DNA from: a bacterium
GTDB taxonomy: Bacteria > UBA8248
Assembly: GCA_965219955.1 (NCBI GenBank)
Contig: OZ244799.1
Span: forward strand, 3,424,001-3,488,000
DNA: 64,000 bases
Direction: 5' to 3'
Shown: one piece after another, positions 44,601-53,434 of the stretch
Numbering within the stretch: the first letter of the stretch is position 1
How the letters are laid out: every line of letters starts with the position of its first letter
Notes under the pieces: generated by a model
Databases searched by the model: none
What the model saw: the letters and a program-made list of their open reading frames with translations, nothing else
What the model was told of the DNA's origin: nothing
Position numbers and translations under genes: made by a program

Positions 44601-46294
44601 CCTTGCGGGACGAGGTGACCGGAAATCTCATCTTGCCGCAGATCATCAACGTGGCGAAACAAAGCGGGGAGGAGGGCGGCTTCGTGCGCTACTTCTTCGA
44701 CAACCCGGCCGACGACACCGACAGCGCAGACGTGCCGAAGGTGACCTACGCGCGCCTGTTGACATTCCCCATACCGGGAGGCCAGCCGGTTTCCTACATC
44801 GTCGGCGCGGGGATCTACGGGGATGAGGGCGCCGTGTCCGAGGAGAGCGTGGCGGCGGCGAGGGGCTGGCTGGCGCGCTTCGGCCGCGCGGTGGGAAGCC
44901 AGGCGGTGGAGATGATATCGAGCCGCCTGAACGCGCCCGCGCAGGGCGGGGCGAAGATGACCCTCGGCGGACGGACCGTGAACCTCGGTGCGGATATGGA
45001 ACGCTACCTGGCGAAAGAAGACGTGGGCCTCACCGCCTCCCTCTCGCATGATGGAATCGACGCCCGCGGCCTCTCGCGCCCGATACTCACGAACCGGCTG
45101 ACCAATGGGGAGGAGGATTCCCCGGGGGCCTACCGCGAGATGACGATGAGCCAGCTGCTCTCGGGCGCTTCGTTCCACCTGGCTTCGAACAAGGAAGCCG
45201 CGGAGGCGGCGGGCAGCAGGTGGTCCATCTGGGGCCGCGGCGCGCAGAGCTCCTTCGAGGGCGGCGGCGAGGCCGCGATCGAGGGCGACGTGACGACGGC
45301 CATGCTGGGCGTGGACTACGAGAAGGGCAAGCTCCTCGCGGGCGTGGCGCTCTCTCGCGCGAGCGGCGACGGGGGCTTCAGGAACGGAGGCCGCAGCGAG
45401 CTCGAGGCGACCCTCACGAGCGTGCACCCCTACCTCCGCTACGAGGCGAGCGAGCGGCTCTCGCTGTGGGGGGTCCTGGGCATGGGCCAGGGCGAGATGA
45501 CGCTCGAGGAGAGTGATCAGAAGCACGAGACCGACATTGATATGCGCATGGGCGCGTTCGGGCTTCGCGGCGCGCTCGCGAAGGTGGGCGGGTTCGACCT
45601 GGCGCTCAAATCCGACGTTATGCTGACGCAGATGGACTCGGACGCGAAGGACGGGCTCGAGGCCATCTCGGCGGAGTCGAGCCGCCTGCGGGTGATGCTG
45701 GAAGCCTCGCGCAAGGTCGCCATGGAGGGCGGCGGGACGCTCCGGCCTTCGGTGGAGGTGGGTCTCCGCAACGACGGCGGCGACGTGGACGAGGGTATGG
45801 GCGTCGAAGTCGGTGGCAGCCTGCGCTTCACGAGTCCCTCCATGGGCCTGACGCTCGAGGTGAATGCGCGGGGGCTCGTGACGCACGAGGAAGAAGACGT
45901 GAGCGACTGGGGCGTGGGCGGGATGATCCGCATCGCCCCGGGCAAGAAAGGCCGGGGACTCGCCCTCACCGTGCGGCCCGAAGTGGGAGAAACCGCGAGC
46001 GGCGCGGCGCGCCTGTGGGGTCTCAAGGACGCCTCGCGTCTCGCGAAAGAGGAAATCGAGGATCTCGACCCCCGCGTGCGCGCGGAGGTGGGCTACGGGC
46101 TGGACGCCTGGGGCGGCCTGCTCACGCCCTACGCCGGCCTCTCGGTGTCGGATAGCGGAAACGGGACCTACCGCCTGGGAAGCCGCTTCAGGATGGGCGA
46201 GCGCCTGAGCATGAGCCTGGAGGGCGACGTGCGAGAGCGCGTGAACGCCGACCCCGTCCACGGCGTGGCGCTGCGCGGCTCCCTGCGCTGGTAA
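41687..46294 (+). CDS. Large secreted protein: 3 Cache-containing repeat modules plus autotransporter-like beta-barrel (1535 aa)
   Basis: Signal peptide (..VFA/QDSC); three ~330-aa modules each starting with CP and ending GAGIYG; C-terminal region nearly identical to the paralog, ending LRGSLRW. Confidence 0.8.
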   Translation: MRTLKPLFFFCLVLTLAGVLAGAPPVFAQDSCPLPAGVTANPLATPSITAADVEADSNRLTDFALAARDYMESVRPPGELAHNACIIRQEGPWKSGGTYLVTISLDGRVFFHSARAALGGKPLSNAVRLAIYRALGITATAPADIRAALVNVAETGSFPNADGGVLPAGIGGGYAVGFRRTGGNPLILVAGLDIGEAHFGTETVDPGDPDVRADEVVDRATLKAFVEEATQYVIDRYRAEGRTAFTQIKSVLRDPAGPWRHGPTYLFIMEPTGYTIFHGAFPDRFEFQTPTDTLREQLPSGGQGDLILPKIIRTARSNPAGDFVEYYFDNPDDPNDDFNTLKVSYVRQHVFQATRADGTTFEYPLIFGAGIYGEGGGIVAQGCPLPAGVTANPLASPSVTAEQVEAGSAGLSDFALAAKRYMESVERGPELAHNACVVRQDGPWKSGDTYLVTINTEGRVFFHSKSAALGGRPLKRPVWAAIAAATGAAALRTTGAFGNPNGGALPAQIGGGYAVGFTRAGGNPLILVAGLDIGEAHLDRETIDPGDPTVRADQVVDRATLRTFVNEATDYVLSTFRSEGRAAFNKVKSVLRDPNGPWRHGPVYLFIMEPTGYTIFHGAFPDRFEFRRPTETLRDEVTGRLILPQIIRTATSSEDGGFVQYYFDNPDDPNDDFNTFKVTYARQHVFSSTLADGTPFEYPLIFGAGIYGDPSAVAEDVCPRPPGLADNPLATPGVTAAQATGGDNLRAFALAGRDYFNSITTPQGLAYAGCLVRNEGPWKSGDTYISALTLDGRVLLNGKDMSTGGRPLQDAVYAGILGALGIDLADPRTIPAQLQQVFANRAFPNADGGALPGGGYAVGYFGSNIPYILLAGVDLQEAHFKEDTADPGDPDVSADEVVDRATLKAFVNGAVDYLLELYRTNPAGAIGIARSILRRPPWKHGPVYLFIMEDSGYTLLHGGFPDRFEFQTPTQTLRDEVTGNLILPQIINVAKQSGEEGGFVRYFFDNPADDTDSADVPKVTYARLLTFPIPGGQPVSYIVGAGIYGDEGAVSEESVAAARGWLARFGRAVGSQAVEMISSRLNAPAQGGAKMTLGGRTVNLGADMERYLAKEDVGLTASLSHDGIDARGLSRPILTNRLTNGEEDSPGAYREMTMSQLLSGASFHLASNKEAAEAAGSRWSIWGRGAQSSFEGGGEAAIEGDVTTAMLGVDYEKGKLLAGVALSRASGDGGFRNGGRSELEATLTSVHPYLRYEASERLSLWGVLGMGQGEMTLEESDQKHETDIDMRMGAFGLRGALAKVGGFDLALKSDVMLTQMDSDAKDGLEAISAESSRLRVMLEASRKVAMEGGGTLRPSVEVGLRNDGGDVDEGMGVEVGGSLRFTSPSMGLTLEVNARGLVTHEEEDVSDWGVGGMIRIAPGKKGRGLALTVRPEVGETASGAARLWGLKDASRLAKEEIEDLDPRVRAEVGYGLDAWGGLLTPYAGLSVSDSGNGTYRLGSRFRMGERLSMSLEGDVRERVNADPVHGVALRGSLRW

Positions 46295-46314
46295 TATAGA
46301 AGGAGAATCGCCAA

Positions 46315-46345
46315 GGGGCGGCCCTCCGGGGCCGCCCCCGTTTTT
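46315..46345 (+). terminator. Rho-independent terminator (REP-like stem)
   Basis: ggggcggccc-tcc-ggggccgcccc hairpin followed by ttttt. Confidence 0.65.
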
Positions 46346-46430
46346 CATTTGGCAAAAGGGCTTCGTAGGGGCGGACCTATCCCGACCGAAGAGGGGGAGG
46401 CAGGGATTGCAAGATGCGTAGTTTTAACAA

Positions 46431-46680
46431 TCACTCCCCCCTTTGAGGGGGAGTCGAAGAGCTGAGGGCGTAAGCCCGAAAGCGATTCGGTGGGGGGAGT
46501 AATTCGGATGGCGATAAAACGCATTTTACCCCCCACCGAGTCAGCCTTCGCACAAAACGCTCGGCTTCCTCGTCGGGCTTTCCCCTCGGGAAGCCCGACC
46601 CTCAAGGGGGGAGTGATTTTTCTCTCTCGTCGGTCGGTTACATACGACAAATCCAGAGTTCCAGGGTTTTTCAACAACCC
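46431..46680. mobile_element. Palindromic cassette plus MITE-type right end
   Basis: tcactcccccctttgaggggg...ccctcaaggggggagtga, then the reverse complement of the 6366-6430 flank ending tttttcaacaaccc. Confidence 0.7.
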
Positions 46681-46848
46681 TTTGAGGGTCAGGCGCATCC
46701 GGGGCGGGTCGTCCCTGAAAAACCCTTTTCCCGGCAGGGCGAACGCCACTTTCCTGTTGCAATTCCCCGCCTCGCCTTCTACGATATTTCCCGCTGGAGC
46801 GCATCCGCGCCATAGACTCGTCACCCTTCAAAATGCGAGGATAGAAGA

Positions 46849-48546
46849 GTGAAAACCGCACTGACTCTCATCGCCACCCTATGTGTTTTCCTCACCGCGC
46901 AGGCGGCCCACGCCGCGCGCGGGGCCGACGGGCACCTGCGCATCATCTACTGGCAGGCGCCCTCCACCATGAACCCCTACCTCTCGGGCGGCACCAAGGA
47001 GATAGAGGCCGCATCGCTGGTCCTGGAGCCCCTCGCGCGCTACGACCAGAACGGCGACATGAAGCCCTGGCTCGCCGAACGGGTCCCCACGCTGGAAAAC
47101 GGCGGCGTGTCGAAGGATTTGCGCACCATCACCTGGAAGCTAAAGGGCGGCCTCAAGTGGGCCGACGGAACGCCGGTGACGGCCAAAGACGTGGTCTTCA
47201 CCTGGAAATACTGCACGCATCCCCAGGGGGGGTGCTCCCAGAGCGAGAAATACAACGACGTGAAGAACGTGGAGGCCCTCGACGCGCGAACGGTGCGCGT
47301 GACCTTCGGCGCCTCGAAACCCTTTCCCTACGGGCCGTTCGTCGGCGCGCAGGCGCCCATCATCCAGGCGGCGCAGTTCGCCGACTGCCTGGGCGCCAGG
47401 GCGCCGCGCTGCACCGACGCCAACTTCAAGCCCGTGGGCACGGGGCCGTTTACAGTCGCCGAGTTCCGCCCGAACGACGTCATCTCCTTCGTCGCCAACA
47501 ACAACTACCGCGACCCGGCCAGGCCCGCCTTCGCGCGGGTCACCTTCAAGGGGGGGGGCGACGCGGCGGCGGCGGCCCGCTCGGTGCTGGAGACCGGCGA
47601 GTTCGACTACGCCTGGAACCTGCAACTCGCCCCCGACGTGCTGGCGAACATGAAAAAGGCGGGCAAGGGGGTGGTCATCTCCTCGTTCGGTACGCTCGTC
47701 GAGCGCATCGTCGTGAACCTCACGAATCCGGCCCCAGGGCTCGGCAAGGAGCGCTCCACCGCCAGGCACCCGCATCCTTTTCTCTCGGACCCGAGCGTCC
47801 GCAAGGCGCTCTCGATGGCGATCGACCGGAAGCTGCTCGTCGAGATCGGCTACGGCCCCGCCGGCAGGCCAACGTGCAACATCCTCCCCGCGCCCGCCAT
47901 CTACAAGTCCACGGCCAACGATGCGTGCCTCAAGCAGGATATCCCCGGCGCGAACAGGCTGCTCGATGCGGCGGGCTGGAAACGCGGGCCGGGCGGCGTG
48001 CGCGCCAAGAACGGCGTGAAACTCTCGATTCTCTACCAGACCTCCACCAACGCCGTGCGCCAGGATTTCCAGGCGCTGATAAAACAGTGGTGGTCCAAGA
48101 TCGGCGTCGAGACCGAGCTTCGCAACATCAGCGCCTCGGTGTTCTTCGGCGGCGACCCGGCGAGCGGCGACACCTTCCAGAAGTTCCAGGCCGACGTGCA
48201 GATGTACGCCAACAATTTCGACGGCACGGACCCCGAATCCTACATGGCGAACTGGGCGTGCAAGGAAGCGCCGCGTCCCGAAACGCAGTGGCAGGGCAAC
48301 AACGTGCCGCGCTTCTGCGACCCCGCCTACGACGCGCTCATCGCCAAAATGGCGCGCGCCGGCGCGCTCAAGGAACGGGCGCGGCTCGCCAGGGCCATGA
48401 ACGACATGGTGGTGCAGGCCTACGCGATCATTCCGCTGGTCGACCGCGGGCGCGTATCGGCCCACGCCAAGACGCTGGGCGGCGTGGTCCTGAACACCTG
48501 GGATTCGGAGCTTTGGAACATCGCCGACTGGCGCCGCGTCAAATAG
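46849..48546 (+). CDS. Peptide ABC transporter substrate-binding protein (family 5)
   Basis: Signal peptide, WQAPSTMNPY, GTGPF, VRKALSMAIDR, WNIADW. Confidence 0.93.
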   Translation: MKTALTLIATLCVFLTAQAAHAARGADGHLRIIYWQAPSTMNPYLSGGTKEIEAASLVLEPLARYDQNGDMKPWLAERVPTLENGGVSKDLRTITWKLKGGLKWADGTPVTAKDVVFTWKYCTHPQGGCSQSEKYNDVKNVEALDARTVRVTFGASKPFPYGPFVGAQAPIIQAAQFADCLGARAPRCTDANFKPVGTGPFTVAEFRPNDVISFVANNNYRDPARPAFARVTFKGGGDAAAAARSVLETGEFDYAWNLQLAPDVLANMKKAGKGVVISSFGTLVERIVVNLTNPAPGLGKERSTARHPHPFLSDPSVRKALSMAIDRKLLVEIGYGPAGRPTCNILPAPAIYKSTANDACLKQDIPGANRLLDAAGWKRGPGGVRAKNGVKLSILYQTSTNAVRQDFQALIKQWWSKIGVETELRNISASVFFGGDPASGDTFQKFQADVQMYANNFDGTDPESYMANWACKEAPRPETQWQGNNVPRFCDPAYDALIAKMARAGALKERARLARAMNDMVVQAYAIIPLVDRGRVSAHAKTLGGVVLNTWDSELWNIADWRRVK

Positions 48547-48584
48547 GCCCGCGCGCCGCTTAAGGGCCACCGAGGCTTAAGGCG

Positions 48585-49592
48585 ATGGGAACCTACACGC
48601 TGAGGCGGCTGCTCTTCGCCGTACCCACGCTCCTCTTCATCAGCCTCGTCATATTCCTGCTGCTCGACCTCGCCCCCAGCGACCCCACGGCGAACCTCCC
48701 CCTCACGATTCCGCCCGAGGTGCGCCAGAAAATCCGCGAGTCCCTGGGGCTCGGCCAGCCCATCCACGTCCGCTACCTGCTGTGGTGCAAGCAGTTTTTC
48801 ATCAACGAGCCGCTGAACGTGCTCGACGCCCTGCTCGGCTACGCGGGCGACTCCGACAGGCTCCGCGTGCTGAGCTGGCAGACGCGCTCCCCGGTCGTGG
48901 ACTTGATCGTCGAGCGCCTGCCGCAGACCCTGTGGGTGGTGGGACTCTCCTACGTCATCGGCGTTTTGATCGCGATACCCATCGGGGTCGTCTCCGCCTA
49001 CAGGCAATACAGCTGGTTCGACCAGATCGGCACCTTCGTCTCCACCGTGGGCTTTTCGGTGCCGACGTTCTTCACCGGCGTGCTGCTGATCGTCGTCTTC
49101 TCCGTCGGCCTGGGGTGGTTCCCCTCCATCTACGACACCACGCACCGCGTGACGGACTGGAGCAGCTTCCTCGTCCAGGCGCGGCAGATGGCGATGCCCG
49201 TCTTCGTGCTCGCCCTCTACAACGCGGCCCAGATCGCCCGCTTCATGCGCGCCTCCATGCTCGAGAACCTGGGCCAGGACTACGTGCGCACCGCGCGGGG
49301 CAAGGGCTTTCACGAGCGGCGCATACTCTTCGTCCACGTCCTGCGCAACTCGATGATCCCCGTCGTCACCATCATCGCGCTCGGCGTGCCGCAGGTGTTC
49401 GGCGGCGCGATCATCACCGAGCAGATATTCAAGGTGAACGGGCTGGGGCAGCTGCTCATCGTCGCCATCCAGGGGGGAGACCTGCCGACCGTGCAGACGC
49501 TCACCTTCATCTTCGCGGGGCTGATCGTGGCGTTCAACCTCGTCGCCGACGTCCTCTACGGGGTACTGGACCCCACCATCCGCTATGACTAG
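48585..49592 (+). CDS. Peptide ABC permease (OppB-like)
   Basis: DYVRTARGKG, HVLRNS, TEQIF, LDPTIRY. Confidence 0.93.
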   Translation: MGTYTLRRLLFAVPTLLFISLVIFLLLDLAPSDPTANLPLTIPPEVRQKIRESLGLGQPIHVRYLLWCKQFFINEPLNVLDALLGYAGDSDRLRVLSWQTRSPVVDLIVERLPQTLWVVGLSYVIGVLIAIPIGVVSAYRQYSWFDQIGTFVSTVGFSVPTFFTGVLLIVVFSVGLGWFPSIYDTTHRVTDWSSFLVQARQMAMPVFVLALYNAAQIARFMRASMLENLGQDYVRTARGKGFHERRILFVHVLRNSMIPVVTIIALGVPQVFGGAIITEQIFKVNGLGQLLIVAIQGGDLPTVQTLTFIFAGLIVAFNLVADVLYGVLDPTIRYD

Positions 49593-50457
49593 CGCCAGGC
49601 GCGGGGCATGGGCGCAGTTCCGCACCCACCGGGGGGCGGTGATAGGTGCGGGTATTCTCATCATCGCGGCCCTCGCCGTGGTGTTCGGCCCGCACCTGTG
49701 GAACGTCGACCCCCACCTCATCGACATCCGGGCGCGCAACCAGGGGGTCAGCCTCGCCCACCCGCTGGGCGCCGACCGCCTGGGCCGCGACACCCTGGCG
49801 CGCATGTTGGCGGGCGGGCGGGTCTCGCTCGCGGTGGCGGGCGCCGCGATGGGGCTAGCCCTCTCGCTGGGCGCGGTGGTCGGCGTGGCGTCGGGCTACT
49901 TCAGGCGGCTCGACGGCCCGCTCATGCGGCTGACCGATCTTTTTCTCGCGCTGCCGCTCCTGCCGCTCCTGCTGGTGATCATCGCGCTGTTCCGGGACGC
50001 GCTCAGGGCCGCCTTCGGCCCCGAGACCGGCATCTTCATCCTCATCGCCTCGGTCATCGGCGCGACCTCCTGGATGAAGACCGCCCGCATCGTGCGCGGC
50101 GAGGTGCTCGCTCTCAAGGAGCGCGAGTTCGTCCTCGCCTCGGGCGCGATGGGAGCGCCGGCGGGGCGCATCATCTTCCGCCACATCCTGCCGGGCGTCG
50201 TCTCGCCCATCATGATCTCCGCGGCGCTGGGCGTTGGCGACGCCATCATCACCGAATCGGCGCTCTCGTTCCTGGGGCTGGGCTTTCCGCCCGATTTCCC
50301 CACCTGGGGGAGGCTGCTCTACGACTCGACCGACTACCTCCAGCAATACCCCGGGCGCGTGCTGTGGCCCGGCCTCGCGATTTCGCTCACCGTGCTGAGC
50401 ATCAACTACGTGGGCGACGGGCTGCGCGACGCGCTCGACCCCCGGGCGCGGGGATGA
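49585..50457 (+). CDS. Peptide ABC permease (OppC-like)
   Basis: HPLGADRLGRD, ESALSFLGLG, GDGLRDALDP. Confidence 0.93.
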   Translation: MTSARRGAWAQFRTHRGAVIGAGILIIAALAVVFGPHLWNVDPHLIDIRARNQGVSLAHPLGADRLGRDTLARMLAGGRVSLAVAGAAMGLALSLGAVVGVASGYFRRLDGPLMRLTDLFLALPLLPLLLVIIALFRDALRAAFGPETGIFILIASVIGATSWMKTARIVRGEVLALKEREFVLASGAMGAPAGRIIFRHILPGVVSPIMISAALGVGDAIITESALSFLGLGFPPDFPTWGRLLYDSTDYLQQYPGRVLWPGLAISLTVLSINYVGDGLRDALDPRARG

Positions 50458-50615
50458 GCGCCATCGCGCCTCTCTCCAGCGGGCCGAAACCCGCTTTCAA
50501 CCTTGCGCGGGCGGGTGACCTCTGGCACGATTCGGTTTCGGCGGAACACTCTAAAACATGACACCGCGCCGGCCCGGAGTCTCTCTCCGGCGGCCCTCGG
50601 AACAGGAACACCGAT

Positions 50616-51068
50616 ATGGCTGAAAACGGAAACGTCACCTTCATCTGCCCCGCGTGCGGAAAAACCGAACTGCCGTTAGGCGACTCGGATGATCCGAACG
50701 ACATCCTCTACATCCAGCTCGCCGAGATGGACACCTGCGACGAGGCGCAGACGGCGCAGTTCATATACGGCGACTCGTTCACCAAGGGCTTCGGCGGCTT
50801 TGTGCGCGACGTGGACGCGGAAGGCGAGGAGCGCGTGCGGTGGGTCCCCCCGAGGGCGGTGGTGGCCTATCACTTCGCGAGAAACGAGGAGCGAATCGGC
50901 CATGCGGAGCCCATGGGCGACTTCTACCCCCAGCCGCTCTACCGCAACCTCTCGAAGGGCGACGGAATCGAGAACATCTACGTCGCCATGGCGTTCCTGC
51001 CCCACAACGAGTCCATGACGCCCGAGATGCGCGCGCGGGGAGAAGCCCTCGCCAAGTCTTTGGGGTAG
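50616..51068 (+). CDS. Hypothetical protein with N-terminal CxxC
   Basis: ATG with AGGA upstream, host-like codon bias, CPAC motif; no family recognised. Confidence 0.65.
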   Translation: MAENGNVTFICPACGKTELPLGDSDDPNDILYIQLAEMDTCDEAQTAQFIYGDSFTKGFGGFVRDVDAEGEERVRWVPPRAVVAYHFARNEERIGHAEPMGDFYPQPLYRNLSKGDGIENIYVAMAFLPHNESMTPEMRARGEALAKSLG

Positions 51069-51093
51069 GGGGTTTGGATAATCCGGTTTCCCA

Positions 51094-51426
51094 GGGGCGG
51101 CCACAGGGGGCCGCCCCTACTTCGTGAAGCGCCCGTTTCTTAGCGATGGGCCACTCACGAACGTGCGGATTTTATCGTCATTCCGGCGAATGCCGGAATC
51201 CAGAACCGGGCAGAAACGCGATGTTACGGCTTTTCATTCTCCTCTCATCTGCAGGAATCCAAAAGAAAATATAGACAAAGGCAAAACCCCTGGATTCCGC
51301 CTTGGCGAAGGGAATGTAGGGGCCGCATATATGCGGCCCGTCGTTGGGAGGCAAAAAGGCCGGGTCGCATATATGCGACCCCTACACACAAGAGCTCCGC
51401 CCGATGGAGGCTTTTGAAACAACCCC
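51094..51426. repeat. REP-like cluster ending in a MITE-type end
   Basis: ggggcggccacaggggccgcccctac-type palindrome, gtcattccggcgaatgccggaatcc, gtaggggccgcatatatgcggccc / gggtcgcatatatgcgacccctac, ttttgaaacaacccc. Confidence 0.75.
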
Positions 51427-51438
51427 TTCAAGGGGCGG

Positions 51439-51690
51439 CTACTCCCCGCCCAGCAGGCGGTTGTAGATCCACGCCAGGATGGTGAAGAAGAAAAGACCTA
51501 CCGCGAACCCCCAGGCCGCGCCGATGATCGCGCCCGGATAGGTGGGGGAAACGCCCGGATAGAAATCGCCTATCACCTTCAGCATACCCCCGCCCACGCC
51601 GAACAGCGCGCCCGCAAGGGCGTAGAGAAAAAACACGGCCCCGTAGACGATGCCGGCGGCCAGTCCGAATTTCACGGCGTCGAGTTTCAC
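51439..51690 (-). CDS. Small two-TM membrane protein (family often labelled holin-like)
   Basis: 83 aa, two hydrophobic helices, FYPG and AWIYN motifs. Confidence 0.7.
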   Translation of the reverse strand: MKLDAVKFGLAAGIVYGAVFFLYALAGALFGVGGGMLKVIGDFYPGVSPTYPGAIIGAAWGFAVGLFFFTILAWIYNRLLGGE

Positions 51691-51850
51691 GTCGAATCTC
51701 CCGGCGGCATGGAAATACGCTCCTACATACGCTATTCAATATAGGCTCCAGGAAACATTCCGGCAAAACCACCCGCGAGCCCCCGGAGGGGGCCGTTCGC
51801 AATCATCCAGGATGGGCGCATCGTCCGTCCCCAGACAGGAGGTCGGTTTG

Positions 51851-52228
51851 ATGAGTGAAGAAACACGCCTCGAGAGAGGACTCAAAACCCGCGCGAGAAT
51901 CTTCGGCGAAGAGGGAGAAGAGAGGCGGCAGGCGTTCGCGGAGGCGAGCCCCGCGTTCGCGCAGTTCGTCACCGAAACCGTGTACGGCGATCTCTACGCG
52001 CGCGACGGCATCGACGACAAGACCCGCGAGACCGTCATCCTCTCCGTCCTGTGCGCCCTGGGCCGGGACAGGGAGTTCGGCTACCACGCCAAGGCGGCGC
52101 TTCGCATCGGCATGACGAAAGAGGAGATCCAGGAGATCATCATGGTGTGCGCGATCTACGCGGGCGCGCCCAACGCCGTGGGCGCGACGGATGTATCGCT
52201 GCAGGTGTTCAAGGAGTTCGGCGTCTAG
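51851..52228 (+). CDS. Carboxymuconolactone decarboxylase family protein
   Basis: RG...R, YGDLYARDGIDDKTRE, HAKAALRIG, AIYAGAP; AGGAGG RBS. Confidence 0.9.
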   Translation: MSEETRLERGLKTRARIFGEEGEERRQAFAEASPAFAQFVTETVYGDLYARDGIDDKTRETVILSVLCALGRDREFGYHAKAALRIGMTKEEIQEIIMVCAIYAGAPNAVGATDVSLQVFKEFGV

Positions 52229-52231
52229 GCG

Positions 52232-53386
52232 CTAGCCTTTCTTGAACTCGTTGAAGATATCGATCCAGGCCTTCTCCTCCTGCCGAACGGGGAGGTCGCG
52301 GGCGGTGCTGCGCTCGATCAGCGTCTCCACCCGCATCCGGCTGCTGTCGTCGGGGTCGGGGTAGTAGCCCATGAGCCGGTTCTGCGCCTCGCTCCAGTGC
52401 CCGGCGACCTTCAGGTTCGGGCCGCGGGACTTGAACGCCCTGGCGAAACCGATCCTGGCCTGGACGCGGGCCTGACTCGTATACCTGATCCACTCGAGCG
52501 CGAGTTCCTTGTTCCTGCTTTGCCTGCACACGGTGGCGACTTCCTGCCAGCGAATGCCGCCCTGCTTCGGAATCGTCGCCTCGAAGTTCGTGTGGCCGGC
52601 GATCTTCAGATCGATATCGAGATCGCCAATCATGGCGGCGGAGACGCCGCCGTCGATCATCGCCCGCACGACGGGCCGGGAAGAGGCGCCCAACATGCCG
52701 AGGTGAGGCCTGAGCCTGAGCAGCCACGCCCTGACCGCGCCCAATTGCCCGTCGCTCAGGTCGTAGGGGTTTTCCTTGTTGGGATGAACCGCGAGGCTCG
52801 CATTGCCCATGTTCGGCAGGTACCAGTCCAGAACGCCGATCCTGCCGGCGAACTTCGGCAGAAACAGTGAATTCCAGTCTTCGCTCTCCTCCCGGCTCAT
52901 ATGATCCGAGTTGTAGGAGATGGCGTAGAAACCGAAGCGCGTGGGCGTGCCCCAGACTTTTCCGCCGCCCGCCCGGAGTTGGCGCATGTCCGTGAACTCG
53001 GGATGGTAGTTGGCGAGCTCGGGCACGTCTGCGGGACTATAGGGCTCAAGCGCGTCGACGGCGGTGAGCTTGCGCACGTATTCGGCGTCGAGAAGCACGC
53101 TGTCGTAGGTTCCGCGCGGCGCGCGTTGGAAGAGTTGGAGCATCTGCTCGCCGCCGATGTAGGTTTTGAAATCGACCCTGACGCCGTGCGTCTCCTCGAA
53201 CTCCTGCGCGACGCCCTTTTCCTCGTAGCCCGGCCACGCCAGCACCCGCAGCCGGTCTGCGGCGCGCGCGCTGCGCGAAAAGACGGTGAGCGCACCCGCC
53301 GCCGCAGCGCCTGCCTTCAGAAAGGTCCGCCGACTCAATCCGTGGCCGGGACGATCTTTCTTTTTCCGCCGGTTGGCGTCTCCCAT
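52232..53386 (-). CDS. PotD/PotF-like substrate-binding protein with Tat signal
   Basis: SRRTFLK leader, LAWPGY, ISYN, IPKQGG. Confidence 0.85.
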   Translation of the reverse strand: MGDANRRKKKDRPGHGLSRRTFLKAGAAAAGALTVFSRSARAADRLRVLAWPGYEEKGVAQEFEETHGVRVDFKTYIGGEQMLQLFQRAPRGTYDSVLLDAEYVRKLTAVDALEPYSPADVPELANYHPEFTDMRQLRAGGGKVWGTPTRFGFYAISYNSDHMSREESEDWNSLFLPKFAGRIGVLDWYLPNMGNASLAVHPNKENPYDLSDGQLGAVRAWLLRLRPHLGMLGASSRPVVRAMIDGGVSAAMIGDLDIDLKIAGHTNFEATIPKQGGIRWQEVATVCRQSRNKELALEWIRYTSQARVQARIGFARAFKSRGPNLKVAGHWSEAQNRLMGYYPDPDDSSRMRVETLIERSTARDLPVRQEEKAWIDIFNEFKKG

Positions 53387-53434
53387 CGAAACCTCCTTCT
53401 TATCGTCGATGCGCCATCATGGCGCTGCCGGTCC

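Noticed and set aside
37355-46294. Diversity-generating retroelement explaining the repeated modules
   Set aside because: No reverse transcriptase; differences between repeats are not adenine-specific and all repeats are in-frame coding.
37355-46294. Chemoreceptor or histidine kinase call for the Cache proteins
   Set aside because: No flanking TM helices, HAMP or cytoplasmic output domain; the C-terminus is beta-strand rich with a terminal aromatic residue.
51439-51690. Holin-like gene implying a prophage
   Set aside because: No endolysin, structural or integrase genes nearby; treated as an ordinary small membrane protein.
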